A DNA stretch of 64,000 nucleotides, taken from the IMG/VR virus record IMGVR_UViG_3300020473_000016, one strand, 5' to 3'. The DNA is from a virus. Below, one piece after another: positions 8,326 to 18,472 of this stretch (within the stretch, counting starts at the first letter, position 1; the number at the start of each line of letters is the position of its first letter). Position numbers and translations under genes: made by a program. The notes beneath the pieces are model-generated. The model was given only the letters and a program-made list of their open reading frames with translations, did no database searches and was not told where the DNA came from.

Positions 8326-8573
8326 CAGTACCTCGTAGGAATATTATTATAAGATGATGTATCAGTGGTATGAGGATTTTTCATACTCTTTACATATTCT
8401 ACCATACTATCTCTGATTGCAAGTAGTTCGTAATAACATTTCTGGTTATGAGCACATGCTCTTAACGCAGGGTCTGGTTTATAAAGAGATTCCAAAAAAA
8501 TAGAGCGAGCACGATCCCATTTCTCATGGGTCGTCTCACCTCCTTCTATTGATCTCTGATCTTTACTAGGCAT
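8325..8573 (-). CDS. hypothetical protein
   Basis: 82-aa ORF, TGATG overlap. Confidence 0.7.
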   Translation of the reverse strand: MPSKDQRSIEGGETTHEKWDRARSIFLESLYKPDPALRACAHNQKCYYELLAIRDSMVEYVKSMKNPHTTDTSSYNNIPTRY

Positions 8574-8595
8574 AATAATGTTAGTACTGTATTAA

Positions 8596-8778
8596 TTATA
8601 CAGGTTTTTCGACTGGTGTCTCTGTCCCTTGTGACAGTTTATCTAGTGACACTATATCTGGCACTTTCATACCAGTGTTCATTATAATATTTACAACAAA
8701 CGCTTCGAGATATATTAATGATATGTAAATATAATCCTCTCCACTTAGTTCACGAACTCGATCTATCCATGTTTTCAT
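8596..8778 (-). CDS. hypothetical protein
   Basis: 60-aa ORF. Confidence 0.5.
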   Translation of the reverse strand: MKTWIDRVRELSGEDYIYISLIYLEAFVVNIIMNTGMKVPDIVSLDKLSQGTETPVEKPV

Positions 8779-8899
8779 AATCAGGAAGTCCCATAGTTTT
8801 AAATTCTAGCTGAGTCTTAAGGAAGAGGATCTCTTCTCTGAGTTCCTCATTCTCTTTCTCAAGATACTCACAATGTTCTTGGTAGATTATAACACTCAT
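8750..8899 (-). CDS. 49-aa coiled-coil hypothetical protein
   Basis: MSVIIYQEHCEYLEKENEELREEILFLKTQLE...; directly after CTAAATA. Confidence 0.55.
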   Translation of the reverse strand: MSVIIYQEHCEYLEKENEELREEILFLKTQLEFKTMGLPDYENMDRSSS

Positions 8900-8904
8900 A
8901 AACG

Positions 8905-8911
8905 TATTTAG
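8905..8911 (-). promoter_or_regulatory. late promoter CTAAATA
   Basis: motif match in intergenic gap. Confidence 0.55.
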
Positions 8912-8912
8912 A

Positions 8913-9296
8913 TTAATTCGATCCTTTTCTTAATGTATCGTTATCATATTCTATAACACCATCCTGTCTTACAACATAACAGTGATACCAATATGGGTCG
9001 CCAGCAACTCCATCAGTCAGTTCATCACGACGTGGGAAATAGTCTATACAAAACTCAAATGCTAAGTCTGGATCACGAAACTCTATGTATCCATAGTACT
9101 TGCTCTCTAGTATTGTTACTAAATCAGTAGGTACATCTTCGTCATCACGATAGTATGTTATGACTTCTGTCTTGGTTGATGAATCTGCTGCTTCTAGTCT
9201 TGGGTTCTCAAAATATATTGTTGCCCCTGACACTCCAGCAGCGTAGTCTTCGATTTCATCCCATGTAGCAGCGGAGTCAAGGGTCTTTATTTCCAT
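8913..9296 (-). CDS. hypothetical acidic protein
   Basis: 127-aa ORF; GGAG SD. Confidence 0.75.
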   Translation of the reverse strand: MEIKTLDSAATWDEIEDYAAGVSGATIYFENPRLEAADSSTKTEVITYYRDDEDVPTDLVTILESKYYGYIEFRDPDLAFEFCIDYFPRRDELTDGVAGDPYWYHCYVVRQDGVIEYDNDTLRKGSN

Positions 9297-9828
9297 CTAT
9301 GGTCTCCGTTTTCTTTAATTTATAAGCAGCACTAACTCTAAGTCCGTAAAAGTCTCTAGTTGTATCCTCTGCCCAGTGTAGTATTTCTGATGGAAAACAT
9401 ATAGCAGATCCTGGTTTAGGAAACACTGCATCAAACCTCCCATCATCTTGTACAAATATTGTTTTGCCTCCCCACATTAAATCCCATTGTGGATTACAAT
9501 AGAGGAGAAATGTATAGTCACTCGCATCTCTATGTATAGAACCATCTAATCCATGAGTATGTCCGTTCATATAATAGTCAAGGATCTCAAACTTAAATGG
9601 TAGCAAGATCTCCATCTTCTCTGGTATATATGTATCAAACATAGCAGTGCCTTTGACATCCATCTTCCAAAACTTCTTGTGTGGAAAATTATGGTCACTT
9701 GTTGCACCAAACTGCCAACGTGGACGACTAGCAATTCGATCCACTTCTAACATCTCATCTCTGTCTAGTATAGTATCAAAAGATAATATGTCAGTTAATT
9801 TAGCAGATCCTTCAAGTTGAAATGTCAT
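9277..9828 (-). CDS. 2OG-Fe(II) oxygenase
   Basis: HxD (IHRD)...GGKT...FPSEILHW...R. Confidence 0.85.
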   Translation of the reverse strand: MTFQLEGSAKLTDILSFDTILDRDEMLEVDRIASRPRWQFGATSDHNFPHKKFWKMDVKGTAMFDTYIPEKMEILLPFKFEILDYYMNGHTHGLDGSIHRDASDYTFLLYCNPQWDLMWGGKTIFVQDDGRFDAVFPKPGSAICFPSEILHWAEDTTRDFYGLRVSAAYKLKKTETIDGNKDP

Positions 9829-9830
9829 AA

Positions 9831-10484
9831 TTAATCTCTAAAATGTGTGTGGTTTCTCATCATTGCCATACGAAACCAATCTAGTTCGAGGATGTCCTCA
9901 TCATCTAATTGATTTTTATCATATAGTCTTTGATATAATTTATTAAATCTAACGATTGGTTCTCTCATAGATGCATCTTGAATAGCACTCTCCATCCAGA
10001 ATGTTACACATCTACGTTCTCCTTTAGTTATAGGATTAACACCATGTATTTGATTGGTATCATACATGAGTAAATCACCTGGTTTTAATTCATGTAGAGT
10101 CTTATTACCATTCATATCTTTAGTATAATGTTCACCTCCTTCAAAATCATCATTTAGATTCATAACACAAGTATAATCTGTACGTATTCCATACATGTGT
10201 ATGAAATCAACATGATCATTGTAGTGCATACCCTCATTATACTTAAGCATAAGAACTTCTGATGCTTTAGATATTAAATAGAACCCACTAAACTCTCTTA
10301 ACATACGATGAACTTCTACATTCACCATCTGTCTAACAGTCTTATCTGTCTGTTGTAGATTGTGTTTGATCTGTTTATCACTTGGTCCACTAATAGAACC
10401 ATCTTCCCATATACCTTGATCAAATACACTATTTAATTGTAATAATTTATTCTTATCAAAGAAATTATTAAATGTTTCAATCAT
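9831..10484 (-). CDS. 2OG-Fe(II) oxygenase, PKHD/PiuC-like
   Basis: YNDHVD...FEGGE...HGVNPITKGERRCVTFW. Confidence 0.88.
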   Translation of the reverse strand: MIETFNNFFDKNKLLQLNSVFDQGIWEDGSISGPSDKQIKHNLQQTDKTVRQMVNVEVHRMLREFSGFYLISKASEVLMLKYNEGMHYNDHVDFIHMYGIRTDYTCVMNLNDDFEGGEHYTKDMNGNKTLHELKPGDLLMYDTNQIHGVNPITKGERRCVTFWMESAIQDASMREPIVRFNKLYQRLYDKNQLDDEDILELDWFRMAMMRNHTHFRD

Positions 10485-10816
10485 GTAATTCCCATCGTAG
10501 TATTTGGCCTATGACCCATAGCATCTATAACTCTCATATAATTCTGGGATGCAGTTGCAAACTCTCGTTCCATATTAGGCCATACAGCACACATGTTTAC
10601 TATTATATCATATGATATTAAATATTCGGTATCACGAGACCATTTCTTCCATGGTGTGAATGTTAACTTACCATCGTGTTCATCAACAACGAATGGATAT
10701 ACTAATTTGTAACATACTTCTTGCTCAAGTCCATCGACAACTTCGATGTGCTTGGATACATTACAAATCAATTCGTCACCATTTAAGAGAGTGACGAGCA
10801 TAATATTATCTAACAT
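10481..10816 (-). CDS. hypothetical protein (possible Sm-like fold)
   Basis: LVTLLNGDELIC...FTPW pattern. Confidence 0.7.
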   Translation of the reverse strand: MLDNIMLVTLLNGDELICNVSKHIEVVDGLEQEVCYKLVYPFVVDEHDGKLTFTPWKKWSRDTEYLISYDIIVNMCAVWPNMEREFATASQNYMRVIDAMGHRPNTTMGIT

Positions 10817-10819
10817 AGT

Positions 10820-11692
10820 TTATGTGTTATTTGCTTCGATTGACGCTAGTATTGCTGCGATCTCGTCTTCCACAGTTTCATACTGTGACTGAACATCCGC
10901 AGGTTTGAATACATCTTCAGGATTCTTGATTCTATACTTGTTAGCAATCTCAGTAGTTATCCTTCTTGACCATGTATTCAATGATTTGTCTGGGAATACA
11001 CCAAACTGATCATCTGTTGCTAAGTAATCCTTTGCTTCATTAGGTTTCTTTACTTCCATCACATTATTATCAGCTTCAGATGGTGCTGTTACTTCTAATT
11101 GTTTCCACTTAGCATAATATATTGGATTGTATGGAAACTTAACAACATCTGCTTCTTGACCAGTATAATCTTGAGGTATTGCTCTTAGTTTAGAACGATA
11201 TGTAACCCACTGTGCTTTTGTAGCAGCATCAAGAGCATTATCACTATTTTGTGTCCAATCAGAATCATCTAATAGGAAGTTACGAACCATTCTAATTCCA
11301 TCCCATGATATCTTATTCCACTTACCATACTGTTGATACAATTCATCTTGTATCTCTTCCTGTTCTACATCTTGATACTCAAAATACTTTGCCCTTACAC
11401 CGTCAGCAATTTCTTTTGCTTGTGCATCGGTTGGTTCTTTCCAATCATATGTTACCCACTTCTTCTCGTTACTAACACGATTGTAAGTGAACTTCTTCTT
11501 TTCGCAACCATATGATCCATTATCAAAGTAATTGAAGTATATCAATCTATCATTGTCTGATGTCCAGAATGGAAATAATTGGTTTTGGATATTTGCATTC
11601 CAAAATGCTTCACTTATCACCTGTTGCTTTCCATCAACAGTAATAATGCGTGAAAGAGCATTAATTTGTAGTACTACACGAAATTCTGCCAT
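10820..11692 (-). CDS. tail fibre assembly chaperone-like protein
   Basis: RMVRNFLLDDSDWTQ...WVTYRSKLRAIPQ motif; downstream of fibre genes. Confidence 0.7.
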   Translation of the reverse strand: MAEFRVVLQINALSRIITVDGKQQVISEAFWNANIQNQLFPFWTSDNDRLIYFNYFDNGSYGCEKKKFTYNRVSNEKKWVTYDWKEPTDAQAKEIADGVRAKYFEYQDVEQEEIQDELYQQYGKWNKISWDGIRMVRNFLLDDSDWTQNSDNALDAATKAQWVTYRSKLRAIPQDYTGQEADVVKFPYNPIYYAKWKQLEVTAPSEADNNVMEVKKPNEAKDYLATDDQFGVFPDKSLNTWSRRITTEIANKYRIKNPEDVFKPADVQSQYETVEDEIAAILASIEANNT

Positions 11693-11696
11693 TGTT

Positions 11697-12314
11697 TTAA
11701 GGGAGTTTAAGATACCATCCTGTCAATATGTATTTATCTTTAGTAAAAACAGTATTGCCACGATGTACATGTGTCATACCAGCAGGCCAAATAACTATTG
11801 TACCTGCCTCTGGTTTAATTCTACGTTTTTGAAACAAAAATTCAGTTTCTGCTTCACCATCTGGCATATCATTTAAGTATACCATCCATGCTAACTCACG
11901 ATTTGCTGCTCTAAAACTAGAGTTTTCATAGTGCCATGTATGGTAACCACCACCAGGCTCTGTCTTTTGTATCTTGAGACCAATAGTACCTAACTTTATC
12001 TTAGATATATGATCGTATTTTATTCTATAATTTTCAAATGCTGTATTTATATACTGATAGAAATGACTAGCAAGACCTACTTTAACATCATCTAATGTAA
12101 ATGCACTATCTTGTCTTCCCATCTTACCTTGTGGGAACTGCTCATGTCCTTGTTGTAATTTATTATTAGCACTAGCAAACTTATCAAACTCTGCTATAGC
12201 ATCAATACATAATTTTTTATTTACAAACTTACGATATACCCCGATGAAATCATCGTATTCACCTGGTGCTTGACTGGGTTCCATAATATATCCATGTTCA
12301 CTACCCAACTCCAT
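11697..12314 (-). CDS. 2OG-Fe(II) oxygenase
   Basis: YHTWHYE...WMVYLND...GTIVIWPAGMTHVHRG...KYILTGW. Confidence 0.9.
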   Translation of the reverse strand: MELGSEHGYIMEPSQAPGEYDDFIGVYRKFVNKKLCIDAIAEFDKFASANNKLQQGHEQFPQGKMGRQDSAFTLDDVKVGLASHFYQYINTAFENYRIKYDHISKIKLGTIGLKIQKTEPGGGYHTWHYENSSFRAANRELAWMVYLNDMPDGEAETEFLFQKRRIKPEAGTIVIWPAGMTHVHRGNTVFTKDKYILTGWYLKLP

Positions 12315-15300
12315 TTAATATGCTCGAATCATATACTTCACTAAATGATACCTCGTAACGAGTGGAATGTCAACCTCTGGTTGCAAACTGGGTGTAACAT
12401 TTAACTTAACAGCAGATGACAGGGTGAATTTACCATCATTCACAGTGATACCAGCAGAGTTTACTGGGTCACCCTGTGGTGCGATAACTTCTTGTATAGA
12501 TTCTATACCTAGATCTAATCTACCTGACTGTGTAGTATATGTTGTTACTTCACCTTCTGCATGTATCATTGATACCTTAGCAATACCATAGTTATCTAAG
12601 TTTTCATTACCTGATGCTGATCTACTCTGTCTTACTTCCATTATTAAATTAGAAACTCTATATGTAGTAGGAATAGCAACATCTACATTTTCCCATGTAG
12701 TAGCACCACCACTGGTTGATATAGTTCCAAACTTAACATAACTACCACCACCATCATTACTACCAAATAGTTCTAATGGTGCAGTAGGTGACTCACCTCC
12801 ATTACTATCATTACCACGTATAACTTCAAATCGTACCGATTCTGTAACTGTACCAGCAGTATTACTACTACTAGCATTATATGTTATAGTTCTAGCCCAA
12901 CGTTCTTGAGGAGTTCCTCTGAATCTTAAATATTTTTGTGTATCTGGAGATACGAAACCACCATTACTTCCACTACCAGTACCACTATCAACATAATCAC
13001 ATCCATCACTAGATCTATCAAATAATCCTACAGTCTGACTAGTACCTGTTGTTGGGTTAGAAGAAGTGAGGACACCATATCCAATACGTCCATCACCATC
13101 TTGGTTACCATTACCAATATACATTGTACCAGAAGGAACACTAGTACCAGAGAGATTGTCTAACATGAAATCAAAATAACATCCTGATCCACCACCACCT
13201 CCACCAGGTCCATACTCTGTAGTATTCTGGTTGGTTGTTATCTTAACGTAACCATCAGTACCATCTATTTCTTGTCCAATATTTACATCACCACCATTAT
13301 TAGCATCACCTTCACTAATAATACTCTGACCTGACACCAATGAAGACTGTCCTCTAGAAGCACCGAAACCTGGTTTAACAGCGTTGGATCCGTTTCCAGC
13401 ACCTCCACCACCACCGATACCAGCACCAGATCCGACACCACCGCCTCCGCCTCCTCCGCCACCACCAGTACAGACGGAGTTGTTACCATTACCACCAGAA
13501 CCAGCGAAGCATCCAGCGACTAATTGAAAAGCATCATTATTAGGATTTGGTTGACCATTCATAGATGATAGTTGTGTGCCATCTCCAGCAGCACCTCCAC
13601 CACCTCCTCCACCAGCACCGATGAGAGGACCAGAACCAATACCAATAGCAGAGGAGCCACCTCCTCCACCTCCTCCTCCACCGCCAGTACCGCTACCGCC
13701 GTTACCACCGTCAGAGAATCCTTTACCACCTGTACCTGGATTTCTACCACTACCAGATGTTCCTTTTTCACCAACCCATATTTGTAAAGATTGTCCTGCA
13801 CCAGCATTTATACTTGCAAGAACATGTTTACCATCTCCACCATCACCAGCATACCAACCAGCACCACCATCACCAGTACCACCTGATCCACCACCAGCAC
13901 CTTTTAATTCAGCATTGACTTGGCTAACAGGATAGTTACTTGGAATACTATATGAAATAGAAGTACCACCAGTATTGGTAGTCCATTCCGAAATTGCATT
14001 CTGTGATCCAGTGAATAAAGTTCTAGATCCATCACCACCTGCACCATTTACAAAGATAGTAGCACCTCCAATACCTCCAGTTGATCCTGCACCACCAGCA
14101 GTACCTGCATTACCTTCAATATAATTGTTGACATTTATTGAAAGACCGCCTGTTAAACTAATAGCATTACCAATATCTGATACAGAAATATTTTGAGTCT
14201 GAACTAAACTACCACCAGAATATACTTCAACCTTTGCAGTACCACCAGCACCACCAGTTCCACCTGTCAGTAAATTCCATTTGCTTGTTGTTCCACCTGT
14301 ACATGTTGTTCTAGAATTAAATATGGTTGCACCAGTATCATTTCTTACTGCATTAAATGCAATACCACATGGGTTACTATCCCAATCATTTTGTGTGGAA
14401 CTGAGATTCTTAATTCTAAATTTTAACTGATTCCAACCAGGAGTAAATGTAGTTGCACCATTGGATTGCCCAACTGTCCAAGTTTTATCTCCTGTCCAAG
14501 GTGTAGATCCAGAGTTTACTGATGATGTTGCGTTACCATGCTGCCAACTTCCATCAGGTCTATACCAATCAAGTTCACACTGACCATCACATGCAAATTC
14601 AATTGTTACACCAGAAGTAGGAAAACCTGCTGGTACTTCAAAAGCAACACCACCTTCTACCCATTGTTCTAAGTAAGGGTCTGTAGAAGTACCTGATGGA
14701 GCAGTAATATAAATTGCATTGTTCAACATAAATGTTGACCACACACTAGCAGCACCAGCAGATATTTGTCCTGATCCTATCGCAACCCAATCTCTTGTTT
14801 GTAATAATTCATCAAAATCATTTCCTCCTTTACCACCACCAGCAATTACTTTATATTGATAACCATTAAGTGTTACTTGATAATAACTATCCAAACCATC
14901 AACACCAGAAATATTAGTAGATGCTCCTAATCCACCTGATCCAGTCATTCTACCAACAATATATTCTACTGGTTCTTGACTAGAAGTAGATGCAGGAATA
15001 GTATAACTACCACCAACATTTTGCTCACTAAACCATTCAGTATCTCCAAACTCAGTACCTGGAATAGTTATTGTTTTACCACCAATAACATAGTTATTAT
15101 CAATATCATAAACTGTAGGTGCTGGTGTAGTAATTGTAGTTGTTGGTTCTGAAGGGAAGTTACCAGCAGCATTATATGCTACTTCAACAATTATAGTTGC
15201 TGCATCGCCATTAGTTGTAATATCAACAGTATTATTTCTTAAAGCATTCCATTTAGATGTGGCTATCTTAACAGTATTATCATCAACCTTAACCACATAC

Positions 15301-17102
15301 CAATTAGTATTTGGAGAGAATGTTGCGTTAATAGTTGCACCTGCTGGTGGATTACCTGGTGCATATGTAAAGACAGCAGGGTTTGTAGCAGGGTTAGATT
15401 GTACTCTTAATTTATGTCCTGTTACCATACCATGACCAGTGATAGTAATAGTATCATCTGTTGTATTAAATGCTGACTCGGTAAATGTTTTTGTAATCTT
15501 AGTACCAACACCTGCGACATTACCATAAGTTGAAGCAAGTGGATCAGTAATAATATAATCTACAATACCATGAGTATGGAATAATGGTACACCTCCAGCA
15601 GGTTGGAAGAAGTTTACACCACCAGTACCATTTTTATATCCAGTAGAGTGGTTATCCACAAAGTATCCAGCACCAGACATTGCTCCTGCCTGTGGTGCAT
15701 TTGATGTCATTATTGCATGTTCATGCTCTGGAGGAGCAGCAATCATTTTCTCTTGTAATGGTCCTACTGTCATTGTAACTTCACCAGTAAGACTAGCACT
15801 AACAAATTCAGTAACATTATCATAACCAGTTATAACAACATTACCTATGTCTATTAAATTTTCTTGTTCACTCTTACTAAAATACCATTTACCTCCTGTT
15901 GCACCAACAGCAGAAATTACAGTACCAGATACAGGAGATCCTCCACCTGATACACCTCCACCAGCACCAACTAATTTTCTTGTCTTATAATCTGGTACTT
16001 GAAATGTTACTGTTGATGCGGATCCAAAATCTTTTTTCTCATATGATCCACCAGTACCACCATAATTATTTTTAATTACTTCATATAACAGTGGATAGTC
16101 TGCTGCACCATATGTTGATCCATCACAATATAAGAATCCTGGATACTGATCCATTGGATTATCAGCAGTATTAGATGATACTGTTTGTATTCTTATCTTA
16201 CCATCACCATTTGATCCAGGTTGTAAAACTTTCATTGTATCACCTGGTGCATACCCATAACCTGCTTGTTTGATTGTAGTATAATCAATAGCACCAGTAC
16301 CTTGAGCAGCAACACCAACTCTTAAACCAAACCCTTGAGACGTAACTAAAACAATACTACCAGATGATCCTAAATTTGTAATGTTAAAGAAGTAACCAGA
16401 TGATATATCACCAGCACTTCTTGCTAATCTAAATGTATTTGCTCCTGTTACATCAACAATATATTCTTGACCTTCATCAATTAATACACCACCAGTACCA
16501 TTAGATGCTAGAGTTGCCGTTGCTTGAGCACCAGCTCCACCACCACCTGAAATAGTAACTGTTGGGAATTGATATCCTGTACCACCTTCAATCACATTAA
16601 TACCAGTAACAGCACCACCAGATGTAGCAACTTGGAAGTTACCAGCAGAAGTAGGACCACTTCCATTATCTCCTACTTGTACAGTTGGTGTTCCTACATA
16701 TCCAGAACCACCATTGGTAATAGTAAATGATGCTATAGATCCACCCAATGCTGCTTTGTTTGGTGCTTGTGCAGTACTCTTAACAATAACTTTATCACCA
16801 GTGCTTAATATACTACTAATAGCAGGATATGTTATAGTATCATTACTTACAGAGAATGTAGTAGCAGGGTTGACAGCAATTTCTACTGGTTCTGTTGCAA
16901 ATCCAGCTGGTGTCATTATATCTGTTGTGTAACCACTACCAGAGTTGATAGAATATTGTGCTATTGCTACAACAACACCATCATCAATAACTTTATCATC
17001 GTTTGCTTTAAACACAGGAATAACTGTGCCAATAGGCGTTGTAGATGACGTATAAGTCACCTTATCTGCGAGATAATTGGAACGAATATTTCTTATGCTC
17101 AT
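12315..17102 (-). CDS. tail fibre protein with split tail-collar domain and glycine-rich region
   Basis: PIGTVIP...PGFLYCDGSTY...YPLLY...FQVPD collar motifs; poly-Gly tracts; Asp-box SNDGGGSY. Confidence 0.8.
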   Translation of the reverse strand: MSIRNIRSNYLADKVTYTSSTTPIGTVIPVFKANDDKVIDDGVVVAIAQYSINSGSGYTTDIMTPAGFATEPVEIAVNPATTFSVSNDTITYPAISSILSTGDKVIVKSTAQAPNKAALGGSIASFTITNGGSGYVGTPTVQVGDNGSGPTSAGNFQVATSGGAVTGINVIEGGTGYQFPTVTISGGGGAGAQATATLASNGTGGVLIDEGQEYIVDVTGANTFRLARSAGDISSGYFFNITNLGSSGSIVLVTSQGFGLRVGVAAQGTGAIDYTTIKQAGYGYAPGDTMKVLQPGSNGDGKIRIQTVSSNTADNPMDQYPGFLYCDGSTYGAADYPLLYEVIKNNYGGTGGSYEKKDFGSASTVTFQVPDYKTRKLVGAGGGVSGGGSPVSGTVISAVGATGGKWYFSKSEQENLIDIGNVVITGYDNVTEFVSASLTGEVTMTVGPLQEKMIAAPPEHEHAIMTSNAPQAGAMSGAGYFVDNHSTGYKNGTGGVNFFQPAGGVPLFHTHGIVDYIITDPLASTYGNVAGVGTKITKTFTESAFNTTDDTITITGHGMVTGHKLRVQSNPATNPAVFTYAPGNPPAGATINATFSPNTNWYVVKVDDNTVKIATSKWNALRNNTVDITTNGDAATIIVEVAYNAAGNFPSEPTTTITTPAPTVYDIDNNYVIGGKTITIPGTEFGDTEWFSEQNVGGSYTIPASTSSQEPVEYIVGRMTGSGGLGASTNISGVDGLDSYYQVTLNGYQYKVIAGGGKGGNDFDELLQTRDWVAIGSGQISAGAASVWSTFMLNNAIYITAPSGTSTDPYLEQWVEGGVAFEVPAGFPTSGVTIEFACDGQCELDWYRPDGSWQHGNATSSVNSGSTPWTGDKTWTVGQSNGATTFTPGWNQLKFRIKNLSSTQNDWDSNPCGIAFNAVRNDTGATIFNSRTTCTGGTTSKWNLLTGGTGGAGGTAKVEVYSGGSLVQTQNISVSDIGNAISLTGGLSINVNNYIEGNAGTAGGAGSTGGIGGATIFVNGAGGDGSRTLFTGSQNAISEWTTNTGGTSISYSIPSNYPVSQVNAELKGAGGGSGGTGDGGAGWYAGDGGDGKHVLASINAGAGQSLQIWVGEKGTSGSGRNPGTGGKGFSDGGNGGSGTGGGGGGGGGGSSAIGIGSGPLIGAGGGGGGGAAGDGTQLSSMNGQPNPNNDAFQLVAGCFAGSGGNGNNSVCTGGGGGGGGGGVGSGAGIGGGGGAGNGSNAVKPGFGASRGQSSLVSGQSIISEGDANNGGDVNIGQEIDGTDGYVKITTNQNTTEYGPGGGGGGSGCYFDFMLDNLSGTSVPSGTMYIGNGNQDGDGRIGYGVLTSSNPTTGTSQTVGLFDRSSDGCDYVDSGTGSGSNGGFVSPDTQKYLRFRGTPQERWARTITYNASSSNTAGTVTESVRFEVIRGNDSNGGESPTAPLELFGSNDGGGSYVKFGTISTSGGATTWENVDVAIPTTYRVSNLIMEVRQSRSASGNENLDNYGIAKVSMIHAEGEVTTYTTQSGRLDLGIESIQEVIAPQGDPVNSAGITVNDGKFTLSSAVKLNVTPSLQPEVDIPLVTRYHLVKYMIRAY

Positions 17103-18472
17103 TATACTTTAATTAGATAATCGACCATAGTAAAGGGAGCGATCAAACCATCCATTTTTCTGGTTTGATCTGGAGTAATCTGAATTGTAGATGACATACC
17201 ATCTGTACTAATAAAGAACTCATCAGTAACCAAATCATAATTGGTAGTACCTGTTGTGTATGTTATAGTATGATTATGTTCTGTTGGATCAGATTCATAT
17301 CCCAAAGCATTAGTAACTTCAACAATGTTAGAAACCTGTGGATATACAGTACCAGCAACACCACCATCAACTACAGTATCGTATGGTAATACGTTTGCTG
17401 TAGATGCAGTATGTGAATAACCATTGTCACCTGTTTGTGGAATGTCATCATCATCCACACCAGCAGCACCAGTTATATAATTTGGTTGAATAGCAAGATC
17501 CGTAGAAGTACATCCCATAGATCTTTGACCTACAGGCCATGGTGCTGTAAAATAACATGAATTAGGAGTAGTATCAACTAATAATGGAATAATGCTAGGG
17601 TTTTGTCCAGCAATATTATCACCAGATTGTGTTGTTGCTTGGTTAGAAGGAACTAAACAGAATTGATCAAAATTAATACAAGCATTCTTACAAACACCAT
17701 AGTACTGGAAACTAGCAACAGTTCCTCCTGGAACATAATTTCCTGGAGTAAATTTAACTGATTCACCATATAATCTACAAGCTGGTTGTGCTTCCTGGTT
17801 TCCACCAGGTCCATCAACCATTGTATGATAATACCATTCATGAACACCTATTGTAGAAGCGTTCTTATAATAATTTAATTCAAACATATCATTACCAGCT
17901 CTTCTCTTAATCCTACATCTCCTAGTGGTGGTATAGTGAGCATGTGGTTGGAATGCATTGATAGCAACCACTTCATCATCAGTATATCTTGGTCTGGTAA
18001 ATGAAACTTGTCCTCTTAATGAGTTTGTTTGTGGTGGTACTCTAAACTGTCCTGTCAAATCTATCTCAGCAGTTGTTCCCACGTTGCTTGAGACTTGAAT
18101 ACCAACACCAGATTTATCTATTGTTTGTCCACCAGCATTAGTTACTTCTCTATCATTAATTACACCTTGATCGGATCCACTAGATCCTCTAATAAATTTT
18201 GATCTTAAATCTGGTACTTGGAATTGACTTGTTGAAAGGGTTTGATCTGGTTGTTTAAAGACACATGAATCTCCTAGTCCTAGAATTTCAGCAAGAGCAG
18301 GATATTGTGTTTCATTGTATATACTACCATCACATCTCAAATAACCAGCAGGTAATAATGTAGCACTTAAACCTGCTATTGGATCATTAACATCTAGTTC
18401 TCTACTAAATGCTATGATAGAACCTGTAGTAGTTCCTAATTTGTTTCTTTCTTCGGATAAAAATGCTGCCAT
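17102..18472 (-). CDS. tail-collar domain fibre protein
   Basis: TGSIIAF...GYLRCDGSIY...YPALAEIL...FQVPDLRSKFIRG. Confidence 0.85.
   Translation of the reverse strand: MAAFLSEERNKLGTTTGSIIAFSRELDVNDPIAGLSATLLPAGYLRCDGSIYNETQYPALAEILGLGDSCVFKQPDQTLSTSQFQVPDLRSKFIRGSSGSDQGVINDREVTNAGGQTIDKSGVGIQVSSNVGTTAEIDLTGQFRVPPQTNSLRGQVSFTRPRYTDDEVVAINAFQPHAHYTTTRRCRIKRRAGNDMFELNYYKNASTIGVHEWYYHTMVDGPGGNQEAQPACRLYGESVKFTPGNYVPGGTVASFQYYGVCKNACINFDQFCLVPSNQATTQSGDNIAGQNPSIIPLLVDTTPNSCYFTAPWPVGQRSMGCTSTDLAIQPNYITGAAGVDDDDIPQTGDNGYSHTASTANVLPYDTVVDGGVAGTVYPQVSNIVEVTNALGYESDPTEHNHTITYTTGTTNYDLVTDEFFISTDGMSSTIQITPDQTRKMDGLIAPFTMVDYLIKV

Noticed and set aside
13283-13935. Pro-rich and Ser/Thr-rich ORFs such as 13576..13935 (+)
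   Set aside because: Antisense or alternative-frame shadows of the poly-Gly codons of the fibre gene.
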